A stretch of DNA of 64,000 bases from Dendrobates tinctorius (lineage: Eukaryota): assembly GCF_039654945.1 (NCBI RefSeq), contig NW_027362071.1, positions 620,001-684,000 of the forward strand. Direction: 5' to 3'. The notes beneath the pieces were generated by a model. The model saw only the letters and a list, made by a program, of their open reading frames with translations. It searched no databases and had not been told where the DNA came from. Of the stretch, positions 61,963-64,000 are shown piece after piece. The position numbers and the translations under genes are program-made. How positions within the stretch are numbered: position 1 is the first letter of the stretch; the number at the start of each line of letters is the position of its first letter.

Positions 61963-62252
61963 TAGTGATGAGCAAACGTGCTGGGATAAGGTGTTAACTG
62001 AGCATGCTCGGGTGTTACCGGAGTGTCGTGGGCTTGCTCACATAATGTGTTCGAGAACCTGCAGCTGTGTGTTTTGCGGCTGCTAGACAGCCGCATCACG
62101 TGGGGATTCCCTAACAAACAGGCCATCCCCCACATGTGCTGCAGCTGTCTTAACAGTTGTAAGCATGCAACCACCGAGACTCGGAACGTAATTTTCGAGC
62201 ATGGAGAAGATACTCGGGGATAACACCTTATTAGAACGGTCCCTCATCACTA
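61963..62252. mobile_element. hAT-like MITE at the centre of a larger inverted repeat
   Basis: TAGTGATGAG..CTCATCACTA. Confidence 0.75.
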
Positions 62253-63339
62253 TTGTTAACCCTTCGTCCGCTGATAGCGTTCCAAACTTTCCCCTGGATT
62301 AGCTCACATTACAATCGCTGCTGCTCTCCCTGGAAACGACTCTTCAGTCGACTAATGGAAGCCACCGGCAGCAGAGAGGAAGAGGCGCGCTGGGTGCGAT
62401 ACATTCTGCTGCAGGAGTGACGGTAATGTGAACAGTCTCTAGAGAGGAGTTCGCTATGCTTACAGCAGGCGAAGAGTTGGCTGCAGGTCCGAGCCAGGAA
62501 GCAGCTGGAGATTGTAACAGAAAACATGAGTTTGAGGAGATGATACCAGAGCAGTGAACTGCTGGAACAAACGCCAGGCTCACACAATACAGACACACGT
62601 GTGCGTCCGAGCCACGTTTACATGGCCTTGTGTAACGTCAGTGGAGTTCACCAGACAACTTCAGTATCGGCAGCCATAGGGCCTGCGAGCGGAGACAGGT
62701 ACGGAACCGATCACACACAGAAAGCGGACAGCATGGCTTGTTATCCCGGATCACAGTAATAGCTGCATAAAATAATCTTTATTTTGCCCATTTTCAAACT
62801 TGTTCTGTGACCTCTGCTCCAACGCTGCTCCCCCAGTGGTCTTAGTTCTTCTTCTTCGGTCTAGATTGACAAATGACCGCTGCAGTCGTGATACTTTGTT
62901 CCTTACCTTTGCGACTAGTGATTGCCTGCAGCGGTCACATGCCCATCTGGCTGGGAAAAGAAAAAAAAAAAAAGGACTGGGCATATTAAAAATGTCAACA
63001 TGCCTGATCCTTTCTAAGGCTGCTGCCAGAGGGTGTCCAGCAGCTGGAAGCTCCTCGCAGGCAGAGCTGGGACTTCAATTCCTGGGCTGCAATGCAGTTT
63101 TTTTTTTATTTATTAACATGACACCAGGCTGCCATCTATCAGTTGGATCACTCATGTGCCACCAAAGCTTTTTTTTTATTGCTACTGCATCTGTAAAAGA
63201 CCAGTGTTTGTAGAAATAAAACTAAACAACACCGCTCCAGCAGCTCCTTACAATAACCGCTATAGAGATGATGTGACTGGTGCTGACACCATTCCTCCAC
63301 AGTCAGTGCCATCTGACACCTTACCCCATAGTCAGTGCC

Positions 63340-63579
63340 ACTCTGCGCCCCCTGCTGTTTCCCCTCCCGCACGTCTCCTCCGCACTGACACTCGCTCCGC
63401 CCCTCACTGTCCTTTATCCCTTATTACCACGCCCCTCCGCATACACCACGCCCCGTCCCGATGACAGGACCACTTTTCCCCGCCCACTTTGACACCGCCG
63501 CCCCGCCCAGCGCTCCCGGCCCCGCCCCTCTGCTCTGCCGGGCCTGCGCTCAGTCAGTAGTCCGCCTGCCGCCGCCGGG
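63340..63579 (+). promoter_or_regulatory. PXK: PXK CpG-island promoter and 5' UTR with GC boxes
   Basis: High CpG; CCCCGCCC motifs at ~63501 and ~63520. Confidence 0.7.
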
Positions 63580-63681
63580 ATGGCGTTCATGGAGAAACCG
63601 GCGGCCAACAAGCTCCTCCTGGACGACACGGTGCCGCTCACCGCCGCCATAGAGGCCAGCCAGAGCCTGCAGTCACACACG
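63580..63681 (+). CDS. PXK: PX domain-containing kinase-like protein, first coding exon
   Basis: MAFMEKPAANKLLLDDTVPLTAAIEASQSLQSHT; donor ACG|GTGCGT; synteny with RPP14/HTD2. Confidence 0.95.
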
Positions 63682-64000
63682 GTGCGTGTATGCGGCGTGT
63701 CCCCCCTCCGGTGTACGGACCGTGTGTACATGCTGACATGTGACCTGGATATAGGACGGGTCAGCGCCGTGTGACGTCACAGCACGGGCTATACTGGCCG
63801 CTCACCTGTGTGCGGTAATGAGGCCGGACTATCGGACGTCAGCAGAGCGCAGCGCCGCACTGTGGCCCCCGGGCTGTCCCAGGTGGCCCCTCTGCACTTT
63901 CCAAGATCTGGGCTATGAGTTATTCTTCTTCTCTGGTGCTCAGGGTTGTATCAGGGTGGGGGGTTCTGCGAGCGATCGTGGTTATCGTTACCATTTTGGG

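Overview
Vertebrate genomic DNA, most likely from a frog (inferred from the repeat landscape). It carries the conserved gene block DNASE1L3 (- strand, first coding exon only), ABHD6 (+, 8 coding exons, 337 aa), RPP14/HTD2 (+, bicistronic) and PXK (+, first coding exon). Introns and intergenic DNA are dense in repeats: a decayed ~5.6 kb Ngaro/DIRS-type tyrosine-recombinase retrotransposon with an SGNH-hydrolase ORF, two solo-LTR families (one copy nested), an L2 LINE fragment, a deleted Tc1 element, many palindromic MITEs and minisatellites. Two observations stand out. (1) A chain of phase-compatible micro-exons between ABHD6 and RPP14 splices into an unrecognised ~57-aa acidic microprotein starting MGCGPS, a myristoylation/palmitoylation motif. 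(2) A splice donor/acceptor pair inside the retrotransposon would fuse the ORF1 N-terminus in frame to the ATG-less SGNH hydrolase. Both are read from sequence only and need transcript evidence.
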